The notes under the pieces are model-generated. The model was given only the letters and a program-made list of their open reading frames with translations, was not told the DNA's origin and did not search any database. A stretch of DNA of 64,000 bases. Source: a virus. The translations under genes were made by a program, and so were the position numbers. Location of the stretch: positions 64,001 to 128,000 of the IMG/VR virus record IMGVR_UViG_3300031754_000001; one strand, written 5' to 3'. Position 1 is the first letter of the stretch; every line of letters begins with the position of its first letter. Below are positions 1-10,329 of the stretch, in pieces.

Positions 1-1
1 C

Positions 2-3000
2 GTGGTAACCGTGATCCAGCAGGCCCAGGCGTCTACCGCCGCCCAGCTGGCCGCCGCTAACGTCAGACTCGCCAAGACCACGAAGGCGAACAGCGTGGAG
101 CAGCTGGCCGCCGCGAGGGCCGGCGGGAACGCGAACAGGGCCTACCAGCAGGCGCAGCTGTCCGCTTTCCAGTACCAGCAGGGCCTGCAGCAGGTAAACG
201 CCCAGGCCGCCCTGGTGAATGGCCGGGTCGGCGCGCTGTCCAAGACCTACGGCGGCAACACCGCCGCGCTCGGCATCCTCAATGCCGCCGGGATCACCAC
301 CACCCAGATCACCGACACGAACGCCGTGCACTGGGCGCAGGCGCTCATCCAGGTCAACTCCACGATTGCCGCATACCAGGCGATGGGCATCCAGGCCGGG
401 GTTCTCGGTAACGACCTGGACGTGCTCGGCCGGACCGTCACCGACCAGTACGCCGCCGTGCAGAAGCTGAACCAGGCCTGGGGCAGTTTCATCAGCGACG
501 TCACCGGGACCCAGGGCAGTTTTGACACGGTGGCGCAGGGCTTCTCTACCCTGGACGACCATTCCGGGAACCTGATCCTGCGCCTGGGCAAACTGCGAGT
601 GAGTTACAAGGATTCCCAGGCGGCCATCGACTCGCTGACCCCGGCCGGCGTCGCGCTCAACCAGGCGTTCGGGGATCAGGTCGTCAACATCGACAAGCTG
701 TTCTCCTCCTGGCGTACCGCGGGCGTGGCCGGCAACCTGTTCAACCAGGGTGTCGCCGCTGCCATCGCGCCGATGGAGAAATACGCGGTCGGAAGCCAGG
801 AAGCCACCGCGCAGCTGATCGCGCTGGCCCAGGAAGCCGGATACCAGGGACCTGTCTCCCTGCAGGCGATGAACAAGTACCTGGGCATCTCGAACAAGAT
901 GCTGGGCGACACTGCCGGGGCCACCCAGAAGGTCAAGGACGTCACCAACCAGGCCACAGTCCAGGAAGCCCTGCTTACCGGGGCGATGCAGAGTCAGGGC
1001 GCTGTCATCGCCAACCAGCTGATCGGGGATATCAACAGCGCGATCCTGGCCTACGACGGGGTGGCTAAGGCCGCCGCCGGGTACGGCACGGCGATCGCCC
1101 AGTACGGCAAGGGATCCAGCCAGGCGAACACCGCCCAGAGAACGCTGACCGACTCCATCATCAAGGCCGGCCTCGCCTCCAACAGCACGGCCGGGCAGAT
1201 CGAGGCCACCCTGGCCAAGGTGCTCGGCATCTCCATGCCAGCGGCGATCGCGATATTCAACGCGGGCCTGCTCGGCAGCACTCAGGTTTCCGGCAACGTT
1301 ACCCAGGCGATCGTCGGCGATTTCCAGCGGCAGCAGAAAGCCGCGGACACGGCCGGCGCTGGTATTAGCGCGTATACCGACGCGATCCGCGGTAACGGCG
1401 TCGATTCCGGCCAGGCTCATTCCGCGCGGGATCAGCTGATCAAGGACATGACCGACGCCGGGGTCAACGCCAGCACCGCATCCACGGACGTGGCCCACTA
1501 CACCGCCGCGGTCCTCGCCAACGGCATCGATTCCAGCCAGGCGGCGTCAGCTCGCGCGCAGCTGATCAGCGACATCCTCGGCGCCAGCAACAACGCCAAG
1601 ACAGGACAGGCAGACCTGGCGACTTACAACCAGATGATCAGGACCAACCAGCAGAACACCGACGCAGGCAAGTCCGCGCGGAACAAGCTGATCCAGGACC
1701 TGGTGAATGCCGGCTTGTCCGCTAAGGACGCTACCGCTCTTGTCCAGGGCCTGCAAACGAATATCGACAAGATGCACGGCACGACCGTCACGATCATCGC
1801 GACGGCCAACGGTACCGGGGAGATCGCGATCACCGGATCCGGCTGGGCGCTCGGGTCCGGCAATATCCGGTTCCACGCCGCGCAAGGCCTGTACGTCAAT
1901 CAGGGTACCGGGCCGACCGCCGACGACGTGCTGATCCGGGCATCTAAGGGCGAGCTGATCGTGCCCGCGAACATAGTCAGTTCCGGTGCGGTGGATAACC
2001 TGCGCGGCAGGATCCCTGGATTCGCCGGCGGCGGCTTCGTCGGCCTGGGATCCATGCTCGCCGGCGTTCCGGGGACGGCGGGCCAGATCGCCGGGGCGGA
2101 CGCGGGCCGGGCGGTGGCGGCCGGCATCACCGAGGCGATGGCCGCGGCGAAGGCAGCGGTAGAAAAAGCTGCCGCTGCCGCGAGCGGCGCGGGCGGCATC
2201 GTCAAGTTCGCCGAGTCGTTCATCGGCAAGATCCCGTACGTGTGGGGCGGAACCTCTCTCGGCCCGGCCGGAGCAGACTGCTCAGGGTTCACGCAAGCCG
2301 TCTACGGCCATTTCGGTATCAGGGCACCCCGTACTAGCGAGGCCCAGGGCGCATGGGTCAAGGTAGGTGCCCCGACGCCAGGTGGCCTGGCCTTTTATCA
2401 CAGCTCGCCGGGCGGCCCCGATCCTGGTCATGTTGCTATTGTGGCTAATGCTAGCAGTGTGGTCTCCCAGGGCGGCGGGATCGGCCCGCAGATGATGGCC
2501 CTCACCGGGCTGCCGCTGCTGTTCACCGGCACGCCGCCGGGCGGGTTCCCGGGCGGATCCGGCGGGACTGCCCCGGCAGGGGTTACCGGGCTGTATTCCC
2601 TTACGCAGCTGGAAGCGCTGTGGGACGCGGCGGGGGGCAACCCGCGGGCCGCGAACAATATGGGCAGGATCGCCCTCGCGGAAAGCGGCGGTAACCCGCG
2701 GGCGTTCAACGCGTCCGGTGCATCCGGGCTGTGGCAGATCCTCGGGCAGGTTGTCGCCGGCAACATATTCGACCCGTTCATCAATGCAGAGAACGCCGTC
2801 TCGAAATACAACTCGTCGGGGTACCTGCCGTGGGTGTCGGATCCGGTGGCCAGCGCTCTGATCGCCTCGGGCCTGACCTACGCGGCTGGCGGCATCGCCG
2901 GGCAGCGGGCGCCTTTCTCCCGGCATGCCCCCGCTGGTCCCGGGATTCCGGGAATGGCGGGCGGCGGTACCACGAGCGCACTGCGCGCAAGGCTGGCCGC

Positions 3001-4048
3001 CGAGCAAGCCGGGGAACGCGCCAAGTACTCCGGGCTGGGGCACGCGTTCGCGACCGGGCCGGCGAAGTACCGCACCAGGTCGGTCATGAATGAACTGGCC
3101 ACCCTGGCCAGGCGGCAGACTGCCGAGCAGGCCGCGTACGCATCCCTGTCCGGGGCCGGGCTCACTACCAGTGCCCTGCACCATCTCGGTGCGGAGGCGC
3201 GGGCTGAGCTGCGCACAGCGGGAGATAAGGCGCTGTCCAAGGCGCCGGGCGGCCACCCGGGGTTCGCAGCGGACCTGCGGAAGTACCTCAGCCAGCTGTC
3301 CGCGACGGCGAGCGGCACCGTGGCCGGCGGCGGTACAGCCGGCGCGCTGCCCGCGACGGCGGCCGGCATCGCGGCGCTGCGGAAGTCCCTGGCCGCCGCG
3401 CAGAAAGGCGAGCGGGCCAAGTACTTCGGGCTAGGGCATTCCTTCGCCATCGGCCCGGCAAAGTACCGCACCAAGTCCGTCCTGGGCGAACTGGGTACCC
3501 TGGCCGAACGGCAGGCGGCTGAGACGGCCGCGTACGCGGCCCTGGCCGGATCCGGGCTCACCAGGGCCAGCCTGTCGCATCTCGGCGCGGAAGCGCGGGC
3601 CGAGATGCGCACCGCAGCCGACAAGGGCCTGTCCAAGATGCCGGGCGGGCACCCGCTGTGGGCGCGTGACCTGGGCCGGTTCCTGGCCGCCCTGAGCACT
3701 TTGTCCGGCACGCCGGTACCGGCACCGGGCGGCGGCGGGGGCGGGACGGCGCATCCGCCCAACCCGCCGTGGAACCCGGGCAACCTCGGCCCGTCGCATT
3801 CCGTGCCCGGCGGGGTGCTCACGTTCGACAAGGGCGGCCTGTGGCCATCCGGCACCCTGGGCTGGAACGGGTCGGGCCGCACGGAAACGGTCCTGCCCGG
3901 CGGCGGCGGGGACATGCACCTGCACCTGACCGTGAACGGGCCGGTCGGCAGCCAGGCCGAGCTGGAAGACTGGTACGTCCGCACCGCGAACAAGATGGCC
4001 CGGACGGGCAGGCTGAGCCAGGCGGTCAAGCGGGCGCAGGGTCACTAG
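2..4048 (+). CDS. Tape measure protein (5'-truncated) with NlpC/P60 peptidase and lytic transglycosylase (SLT-like) domains
   Basis: Long Ala/Gly/Gln-rich helical ORF. NlpC/P60 motifs IPYVWGG..DCSGF..GHVAI (~2230-2440); SLT motifs AESGG..ASGLWQI..NAENAV (~2680-2800). Actinophage-TMP-like end FDKGG..WNGSGRTETVL; followed by a tail gene. Confidence 0.9.
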   Translation: MVTVIQQAQASTAAQLAAANVRLAKTTKANSVEQLAAARAGGNANRAYQQAQLSAFQYQQGLQQVNAQAALVNGRVGALSKTYGGNTAALGILNAAGITTTQITDTNAVHWAQALIQVNSTIAAYQAMGIQAGVLGNDLDVLGRTVTDQYAAVQKLNQAWGSFISDVTGTQGSFDTVAQGFSTLDDHSGNLILRLGKLRVSYKDSQAAIDSLTPAGVALNQAFGDQVVNIDKLFSSWRTAGVAGNLFNQGVAAAIAPMEKYAVGSQEATAQLIALAQEAGYQGPVSLQAMNKYLGISNKMLGDTAGATQKVKDVTNQATVQEALLTGAMQSQGAVIANQLIGDINSAILAYDGVAKAAAGYGTAIAQYGKGSSQANTAQRTLTDSIIKAGLASNSTAGQIEATLAKVLGISMPAAIAIFNAGLLGSTQVSGNVTQAIVGDFQRQQKAADTAGAGISAYTDAIRGNGVDSGQAHSARDQLIKDMTDAGVNASTASTDVAHYTAAVLANGIDSSQAASARAQLISDILGASNNAKTGQADLATYNQMIRTNQQNTDAGKSARNKLIQDLVNAGLSAKDATALVQGLQTNIDKMHGTTVTIIATANGTGEIAITGSGWALGSGNIRFHAAQGLYVNQGTGPTADDVLIRASKGELIVPANIVSSGAVDNLRGRIPGFAGGGFVGLGSMLAGVPGTAGQIAGADAGRAVAAGITEAMAAAKAAVEKAAAAASGAGGIVKFAESFIGKIPYVWGGTSLGPAGADCSGFTQAVYGHFGIRAPRTSEAQGAWVKVGAPTPGGLAFYHSSPGGPDPGHVAIVANASSVVSQGGGIGPQMMALTGLPLLFTGTPPGGFPGGSGGTAPAGVTGLYSLTQLEALWDAAGGNPRAANNMGRIALAESGGNPRAFNASGASGLWQILGQVVAGNIFDPFINAENAVSKYNSSGYLPWVSDPVASALIASGLTYAAGGIAGQRAPFSRHAPAGPGIPGMAGGGTTSALRARLAAEQAGERAKYSGLGHAFATGPAKYRTRSVMNELATLARRQTAEQAAYASLSGAGLTTSALHHLGAEARAELRTAGDKALSKAPGGHPGFAADLRKYLSQLSATASGTVAGGGTAGALPATAAGIAALRKSLAAAQKGERAKYFGLGHSFAIGPAKYRTKSVLGELGTLAERQAAETAAYAALAGSGLTRASLSHLGAEARAEMRTAADKGLSKMPGGHPLWARDLGRFLAALSTLSGTPVPAPGGGGGGTAHPPNPPWNPGNLGPSHSVPGGVLTFDKGGLWPSGTLGWNGSGRTETVLPGGGGDMHLHLTVNGPVGSQAELEDWYVRTANKMARTGRLSQAVKRAQGH

Positions 4049-4051
4049 CCG

Positions 4052-7000
4052 ATGGCCACGTTTCCCGGCAAGCCCCCCAACCCCCTCGGCGTCAAGGTCG
4101 AGCTGAGCCTGAACTCAGTCTGGACCGACATCACCGTCTACGTGATGCTCCGGGATCTCATCACGATCTCGAACATGGGCCGCGCTGACGAATCGGCCAG
4201 CATCACCGCGTCCCAGCTCACCCTCACCCTGAGAAACGACGGCCGGTTCACGCCCAAAAACGCGAGCGGCGCCTATTACCCGTATATCGTCCGCAACACC
4301 CAGATCCGCGTGTCGGTCAACGCGACCAGCCTGACAGGGGTGGCCTACAGCCAGTACCGGTATTCCGGGGAGATCGCCTCCTGGCCGCCCAGCTTCGACA
4401 TCAGCCAGCGGGACACCTTCGTGCAGGTCACCGCATCCGGGATCTGGCGGCGCATCTCGGCGAATCAGGCGAATATCGGCAGCGCCTACGCGCGGTACGT
4501 CAGCCTGCAGACCGGCACGCTGGTCCCGGCCGCGTACTGGGCCATGGAAGACGGCACCAACACCACCGGGTTCGTGCTGTCCGAGGGCACCGGGACCAAC
4601 TTCATAGCGACCGGCACGCCGTCTTACGCCGCCGACAACACCAGCTTCGCCGGGTCCAACGCGATCCCCCAGCTCAACACCGCCCGGCTGGCCGGGAATG
4701 TCTCCTCGGGTGCTACGCCGACGAACAACGTGGTCCAGTTCGCGCTGAGCGTCCCGGCCGCCGGGGACAGCACGGGCATCACTTACGCGGCCGGATCCGA
4801 GCTGTGCAAGATCCTGTCCGGCGGCACCATCGGCCGGATCGATATCTCGCTGATCGCCAACCAGCTTCATATCGCCGGGTACCTGACCTCAGCCGGCGGC
4901 ACTGCCCAGTTCTCCGGCACCGTCACGACCAAGGTCAACGGGGTCCCGGTGCTGGTGAGCGTGGAGATCACCCCGAGCGGCGGCAGCATCAACTGGGCGC
5001 TGCGGATCATCAAGCCGGGCGCCGGGTCGGTGCTGGACCAGGTGACCGGCACCCGCGCCGCCAGCTCGATCGCGGCGGTCACCCAGGTCCAGCTCAACGG
5101 CCAGGGCCGGCTGACCGACACCGCCTGCGGTCAGCTCGGCGTGTTCTACGCGGTGCCCACCCTGGTTTCCTCTGCTTTCGCGATCGGCGGGAACGCCGGG
5201 GAAGGCGCCGTGACCCGGTTCAGCCGGCTGTGCGCCGAGTCGAACATTCCCGCCACGGTCATCGGATCCGGCGGCGCCGCGATGGGGCCGCAGGCCGATG
5301 GCACGATGGCCAGCGTCCTGCAGAGCATCGAGGACGCGGACGGCGGGCTGCTGTACGAGACAAGAGACACCTTCGGCCTCGGCTACCGGACGCTGGCCTC
5401 GATGCAGAACCAGTCCGCCGCGGTGTCGTTCGCCTTCACCGCCGGCGTGCTCGGAGCCCCGCTGGTCCCGACGTACGATGACCAGCTCGTCGTCAACCAG
5501 TGGATGGTCACCAACTGGGACGGCTACGCGGCGCTGGCTCAGCTCACCTCCGGGGCCATCTCCGTCCTGCCGCCGCCGAACGGGGTGGGCAGCGGGTACT
5601 CCAGGTCCAAGACGATCAACGCGAGCACGCACGCCCAGGTCAACGCCATCGCCCAGCAGCTCCTGTTCGAGGGCACCGTCGATGACCTGCGCTTCCCGGT
5701 CGTCACGTTCAACTTCCAGCGTGCCCAGGCAGCCCCGTTCTTCGCCTCGGTTCCCGGCCTGCGGATCGGGGACTACCTGTCCGTCTCGTCCCTGCCCGGC
5801 TACCTCGGCGGCGGCACCGCCAAACAGCTCATCTGGGGCTATACCGAGCGGATGGGCGGCGAGATACCCGGCTGGACCATCGACTACAACACGATCAACG
5901 AAGCCCCGTTCGAGACCGCGTTCTCCCCCGGCGTGTTCTCAGTCACCCAGGTCCCGGCCGGAGCCGTTGCCGCCGGCAGTTCCGTGGGCAGCTCGGTGTC
6001 CGGGGCTCAGCTCGGGGCCGGGTCCGTGCCCGCCACCGCCCTGTCCAACACGATCACCGCGCGCACGATCGGGGGCACGCTCCAGATCATCGGCCCGGCC
6101 ACGCCATATGACTGGACGTTCGCCGTTTCCGGGACCCCGGCGGACGTCAATTACTTCATCTGCACCCAGGATCAGTCGCTTCCCATCGCGGTCGGGGATA
6201 CGTTCACCAACTCCGGCGGCCTCGGCGGCCCGTTCACGATCACCTCGGTCGATTCGCCGGCCGGCGGCAACGTCACCGTGCATTTCACCCCGGCCGCCAG
6301 CTCGGTCATGAGCACGGGCACGCTGACCGGCGGGAAGAACGGCGACCAGTGGATCAACTCCTCCGGCGGCAACCAGCTCAGCCAGTGGGCGGCGGGCGCG
6401 TGGACGCCGATCACCTGGGACGGCACGGCCGTGATCAACGCGGGCACGATCACCGCGACCCAGATCCTCGCCGGGACGATCACCGCGACGCAGATCGCGG
6501 CCGGGATCATCATCGCCGGGGTGGTCAACGGCACCACCATCACGGGCGCGACCATCATCGCGGACGGCGCGTCGGGGGAGTTCCTGGCCTATTCCGGGTC
6601 CCCGGCGACCGGGAACCTGATCGTGTCAGTATCCGGGGCAGCGGGCACGGACGGGTTCAGCAATGCCTACGCCCAGGGCCTGGAAGTCCACCTGGGCGGC
6701 ATCGTCCTGGACAACCAGTCATCCGGGCCGACCGCCGTGACCGGTGCCAGCGTCCTGTATTCCAGCACCGCGGGGCGTCCCCGGTACCTGTCGCAATCCG
6801 GGTCAGACTCGATCCTGCAGCGCTCCGGGACGAACGTATCCCAGTTCACGGTCGGGAACACCGCGACGAACACGATCATCTCCGCGCCGCTGGCCTACTT
6901 CGCCAATGAGGGCAACCAGAACAGCGAGTTCGAGATCCAGATCGACGGGACCGCCACCGGGGGGACATCCGGCCAGAACCTGAACTTCGCCCTGTTCTCG

Positions 7001-7351
7001 GACGGAGTGCAGATAGGCGGCGCGTTCACTGTCGGCAGCGGGATCATCGGTGCCGGCATCACCGCGGGCAAGGGATTCGGGTACACGATCCGGTTCCGGC
7101 TGACCGTTCTCACGACCGGAGCCGGGGGGACGGCCAACACCGCGTCCGATGGCGTTTTCTACATAACCGCCACCAACTTCGGCAACAACACGGCCTCGAT
7201 CGGCAACCAGACCCCGGTGGGAGCGGTCGGCCCCGGCAAGGCGTTCGACACGACCAGCGCGCACACGCTCCAGGCGTACGCCAGCTGGGGGGCCACCAGT
7301 ACCGGCCAGGCGCTGACCACCTACACCACCAGGCTGACCCGCAGGAACTAA
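4052..7351 (+). CDS. Minor tail/baseplate protein, probable LamG-like beta-sandwich region and fibre-like C-terminus
   Basis: Directly after TMP. N-terminus resembles actinophage minor tail proteins (WTDIT..GRADE..LTLRNDGRF; PAAYWAMEDG). Gly/Thr/Ser-rich, with AGTITATQI repeats near 6440-6500. Confidence 0.75.
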   Translation: MATFPGKPPNPLGVKVELSLNSVWTDITVYVMLRDLITISNMGRADESASITASQLTLTLRNDGRFTPKNASGAYYPYIVRNTQIRVSVNATSLTGVAYSQYRYSGEIASWPPSFDISQRDTFVQVTASGIWRRISANQANIGSAYARYVSLQTGTLVPAAYWAMEDGTNTTGFVLSEGTGTNFIATGTPSYAADNTSFAGSNAIPQLNTARLAGNVSSGATPTNNVVQFALSVPAAGDSTGITYAAGSELCKILSGGTIGRIDISLIANQLHIAGYLTSAGGTAQFSGTVTTKVNGVPVLVSVEITPSGGSINWALRIIKPGAGSVLDQVTGTRAASSIAAVTQVQLNGQGRLTDTACGQLGVFYAVPTLVSSAFAIGGNAGEGAVTRFSRLCAESNIPATVIGSGGAAMGPQADGTMASVLQSIEDADGGLLYETRDTFGLGYRTLASMQNQSAAVSFAFTAGVLGAPLVPTYDDQLVVNQWMVTNWDGYAALAQLTSGAISVLPPPNGVGSGYSRSKTINASTHAQVNAIAQQLLFEGTVDDLRFPVVTFNFQRAQAAPFFASVPGLRIGDYLSVSSLPGYLGGGTAKQLIWGYTERMGGEIPGWTIDYNTINEAPFETAFSPGVFSVTQVPAGAVAAGSSVGSSVSGAQLGAGSVPATALSNTITARTIGGTLQIIGPATPYDWTFAVSGTPADVNYFICTQDQSLPIAVGDTFTNSGGLGGPFTITSVDSPAGGNVTVHFTPAASSVMSTGTLTGGKNGDQWINSSGGNQLSQWAAGAWTPITWDGTAVINAGTITATQILAGTITATQIAAGIIIAGVVNGTTITGATIIADGASGEFLAYSGSPATGNLIVSVSGAAGTDGFSNAYAQGLEVHLGGIVLDNQSSGPTAVTGASVLYSSTAGRPRYLSQSGSDSILQRSGTNVSQFTVGNTATNTIISAPLAYFANEGNQNSEFEIQIDGTATGGTSGQNLNFALFSDGVQIGGAFTVGSGIIGAGITAGKGFGYTIRFRLTVLTTGAGGTANTASDGVFYITATNFGNNTASIGNQTPVGAVGPGKAFDTTSAHTLQAYASWGATSTGQALTTYTTRLTRRN

Positions 7352-7368
7352 CCGCATGCCAGGAGAAT

Positions 7369-7794
7369 ATGGTGACCACGAACCTGCCCGCGCTGGGCAC
7401 TACCACGCACGTATCCAGCGTCACCTACGCGTGCACGTTCGCGCCGACCACCGCGGGCGGCGGGACGGTGATGTTCTCGGTCCCGCAGCCGGTGCAGTTC
7501 CTGTTTACGTTCGACACCGGCCGTACCCAGCCCGACCCGGCCGTCGACCTGTTCAACGTGGTGACGGATTCCTCCTGGTTCGACCAGACCACGGAGGAGG
7601 CGAACATCAGGGCCGCGCTCAACACGATCTGCACGACGATCGGCACGCTGCTCGGCGTCACCCAGGCCGCCATCCAGGCCACGGTCACGGTCCGGCGGAC
7701 ATGGCGGATCGCGGCGAACCAGGCGGGCACCGCCGCGCCCGTGCAGATTCCCGCGTCCCCGGTCGCCTACACCGAGATCATGGCCTACCCGTAG
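7369..7794 (+). CDS. Hypothetical virion-associated protein (141 aa)
   Basis: AGGAG RBS before ATG 7369; phage-like codon usage; position in tail cluster. Confidence 0.6.
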   Translation: MVTTNLPALGTTTHVSSVTYACTFAPTTAGGGTVMFSVPQPVQFLFTFDTGRTQPDPAVDLFNVVTDSSWFDQTTEEANIRAALNTICTTIGTLLGVTQAAIQATVTVRRTWRIAANQAGTAAPVQIPASPVAYTEIMAYP

Positions 7795-7883
7795 CACCCT
7801 GCCGCTCCGGGCACAATAGAACCAGGCGTACCCGCGGCCGTCCTGGAGCCGGGATCACTGTCCCAGTCTCAGGGGAGCGGGCG

Positions 7884-8735
7884 ATGGCTGACGGCGAGGA
7901 CGAGCGCGCGTACGGCGGCGGTCCCGGGCGCACTCCCGGCGGCGGCTGGGTGCCCGTCCCCGACCCGACCACGCTCACCACCGAGGCAGTCGAGCGGGCC
8001 ACCGGGGTATTCCGGCGAGAGCTGCAGGCGCTCCGCGAGACCCTGGAAACCCGGCTGGACGCCGCCGACGCCGACCGCACCCGGATCTGGGAACGGCTCC
8101 GGGACCTGCCGGCCCTGTACGAGGTCGCCGCCTCTCATCTCCGGGATGAGATGATCCAGCGGGACGAGCACACCCGCGAGGTCATCACCCAGCGACTCAA
8201 CGACCTGGACGCCGCCGCCTCCGTTGCCGCCGGGCACATCGAGAAGATCCCCGTCGACCTGACCGGGGACTTCCGCAAGGCCCTGCACGCCGAACGAGAG
8301 TACCTGACCAGCCAGCTGGATATCGTCCGCGCGATCATGACCGAGAAATTCACCGCGGTCGACGGCCGGTTCGGGGAGTCCAAGGTAGCCGTGGATGCGG
8401 CGTTCTCCGCGGCGAAGGAAGCGGTAGCCGAGCAGAACAGGAGCAATGACCGGGCCATCACCATCGCCCAGTCCGGGACGAAAGAACAGCTCACCGCGCT
8501 GAGCAGCGTGACCGATGCCGGCCTGGGCGCGCTGACAGACAAGATCACCGACGCGCGGGACCGGCTGACCGCGATCGAGAACCTGACCCGGGGCATTAAG
8601 GAGGCCGGCGGGGAGGGCCGCGAGAGCCGCACAGAGCAGAAGCTGGGCACCGCCCAGGTCCTGCAGACGGCGGCCCTGATCATCGTGGGCCTCGGCGTCG
8701 TCATCTCGGTTATCGCCCTGATACTCCATAAGTGA
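7884..8735 (+). CDS. Coiled-coil protein with C-terminal transmembrane anchor (lysis-cassette associated)
   Basis: Start refined to ATG 7884 after GGGGAG. Long helical body ending in a hydrophobic helix (AALIIVGLGVVISVIALIL). Confidence 0.65.
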   Translation: MADGEDERAYGGGPGRTPGGGWVPVPDPTTLTTEAVERATGVFRRELQALRETLETRLDAADADRTRIWERLRDLPALYEVAASHLRDEMIQRDEHTREVITQRLNDLDAAASVAAGHIEKIPVDLTGDFRKALHAEREYLTSQLDIVRAIMTEKFTAVDGRFGESKVAVDAAFSAAKEAVAEQNRSNDRAITIAQSGTKEQLTALSSVTDAGLGALTDKITDARDRLTAIENLTRGIKEAGGEGRESRTEQKLGTAQVLQTAALIIVGLGVVISVIALILHK

Positions 8736-8836
8736 GCACGGTCAGGTCCAGGTGTCACGCATAGTTACCAGTATCGCCGGCCAGCTCAGCGTATGATCAT
8801 GACCGGGTGACAACCTGGCAACCGGGAGGGATGCTG

Positions 8837-9151
8837 ATGGCTAAGCTGCCTGTCACGCTCCACCCGGTGACCAACCCGACCGGTTACATGGCCACGGCCA
8901 GCGCGGTCTACGCCGCCGCGGTCATGATCTACAACGCCCTTCACCATCACGGCGTCATCGACGTCCCGGTGATCATCGCGGCCGTCACCCTGGCCAGCTC
9001 GCTGCTGACTCACCAGGTCGTCACCCCGGTAGCCCTGCCGAGAGACGGCAACGGCAACCCGCTGGTACCCGCTCCCGCTGCCCCGGCTCTCCCAGCCGGC
9101 AGCGGGAGCGCCGCGGGCGTAGCCGGGGCGGCACCGAGCGCGCAGCCATGA
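8837..9151 (+). CDS. Holin-like small membrane protein
   Basis: Two hydrophobic segments; GGGAGG RBS 7 nt before ATG 8837; located after tail genes. Confidence 0.5.
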   Translation: MAKLPVTLHPVTNPTGYMATASAVYAAAVMIYNALHHHGVIDVPVIIAAVTLASSLLTHQVVTPVALPRDGNGNPLVPAPAAPALPAGSGSAAGVAGAAPSAQP

Positions 9152-9318
9152 CCATGACCCGGCAGGAGTTCGAGGCTTACTGGGCCGTCAATTCCGGGCT
9201 CACTGTCTCTGCCGTCCGGGAACTGGGATTCCATGCCGAGTCCTGTGATTGCGGCGATAGCACGTGCCTGGGTTGGGTGATGACCCACTATCAGGAATCC
9301 GCACGGAGGATAACGTGA
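9148..9318 (+). CDS. Small Cys-containing hypothetical protein (56 aa, not in the ORF track)
   Basis: MTMTRQEFEAYWAVNSGLTVSAVRELGFHAESCDCGDSTCLGWVM...; ATGA overlap upstream and GTGA overlap downstream indicate translational coupling. Confidence 0.7.
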   Translation: MTMTRQEFEAYWAVNSGLTVSAVRELGFHAESCDCGDSTCLGWVMTHYQESARRIT

Positions 9319-9896
9319 ACACGCCCGTCAGCACCCTGCAGCCCGGAATTTTCGGGGTTAGTCACGGATCCGGGCTGGGCGGCATGGTCATCCGGGACGC
9401 CACCGGCAGCTGGGCCGGGCACGCCTTCCTGTACCTGGGCAACGGCATGATGGTGGAAGGCGCCCCGCCCGAGGCCCGGATCGTGCCGGCGGGTAAGTAC
9501 GATGACGCGATCTGGGCCTGGCGGATGTGGGATGAGCTGAAGACAGCCCGCGGCTGGACGGATGACGCCGGGACAGCAGCCCAGCTGGCTGTCGTCGCCC
9601 GCGGTCACGGCCTGGTCGGAACCGGGTACGACTGGCCTGCTTACATCGGCTTCGCCGCCGAGGTCGCGCACCTGCGTAATGGCGTTCAGCTTGACCCGGC
9701 GTTCTCCCACGACAGTTACCGGGTGTGCAGCGCGCTGGTCGCGGACGCGGAGGAGTTCGGCGGCGTGCCGCTCAATTTCGTGCCCGAGGACGGTCCCGGG
9801 CTGATCGCCAGTCCCGGCACCCGGGTGGCCATGCCAGTCAATCTCGTTGCCCCGGGCATGCTGCTCGGAATAGCACAGCGTAATGACTGGTGCTGA
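9315..9896 (+). CDS. Permuted papain-like (YiiX/YebB-type NlpC/P60) amidase/peptidase
   Basis: His motif before Cys motif: GHAFLYLG...GYDW...VCSALVA. GTG start at 9315 with GGAGG RBS. Confidence 0.7.
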   Translation: MNTPVSTLQPGIFGVSHGSGLGGMVIRDATGSWAGHAFLYLGNGMMVEGAPPEARIVPAGKYDDAIWAWRMWDELKTARGWTDDAGTAAQLAVVARGHGLVGTGYDWPAYIGFAAEVAHLRNGVQLDPAFSHDSYRVCSALVADAEEFGGVPLNFVPEDGPGLIASPGTRVAMPVNLVAPGMLLGIAQRNDWC

Positions 9897-9947
9897 ACTG
9901 GGCGTAATCCCTGACGGCCCGGGGCGGTCATGCTACGTTCGGAAAGC

Positions 9948-10214
9948 ATGACCACTGCTAACGGAACCGATCCGGTCACCGGCCCGCTGAAAATCCTTCT
10001 CGGCAGCACTGATTCAGAGCTGTCTACCAGGGATATTGCCCGGCAGCTGCACGTCAGCCAGACGACCATCGTCCGGCGGCTAGAGCAGGCCCGGCAGATC
10101 TGGGACCGCACCCGGCGGCGAGATTTCTGGCGAGACGTGATGTATGCCCTGCTCACGGTATCCGCGGTCATCGCCGCGGTGTCGCTGGCCGTGATAGCGG
10201 CGACTCAGCCCTGA
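9948..10214 (+). CDS. Small HTH protein with C-terminal transmembrane helix
   Basis: LSTRDIARQLHVSQTTIVRRL HTH, then a hydrophobic tail. TACGTT -10 at 9934-9939 suggests a leaderless start at 9948. Confidence 0.65.
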   Translation: MTTANGTDPVTGPLKILLGSTDSELSTRDIARQLHVSQTTIVRRLEQARQIWDRTRRRDFWRDVMYALLTVSAVIAAVSLAVIAATQP

Positions 10215-10329
10215 CTCAGGAGCGCATTTTCCGCGGTTCATCCCGGCCGTAAATAGGTTCAGCGCCGTTATTGCCCGGCGAGACCGGCGCGTGCCAGGCT
10301 TCCCGGCGTCGCCACTGCCGGGAGATCAC

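Noticed and set aside
4052-7351. Diversity-generating retroelement target in the tail protein
   Set aside because: No reverse transcriptase and no template/variable repeat pair noticed in the window.
7356-7883. 5' extension of the 459-aa ORF
   Set aside because: Overlaps the better 7369-7794 gene; the real start is more plausibly ATG 7884 with its own RBS.
8831-8839. Met-Leu-Met dual start as a holin/antiholin switch
   Set aside because: The lambda-type dual start relies on a charged Lys; the first ATG is too close to the RBS.
10242-10290. Resemblance to the guanidine-III riboswitch pseudoknot (CCGG..GCGCCGT..CCGG..CGGCGC)
   Set aside because: Linker lengths differ, the 5' part lies upstream of the likely -10/TSS, and the downstream gene is not a guanidine-related transporter.
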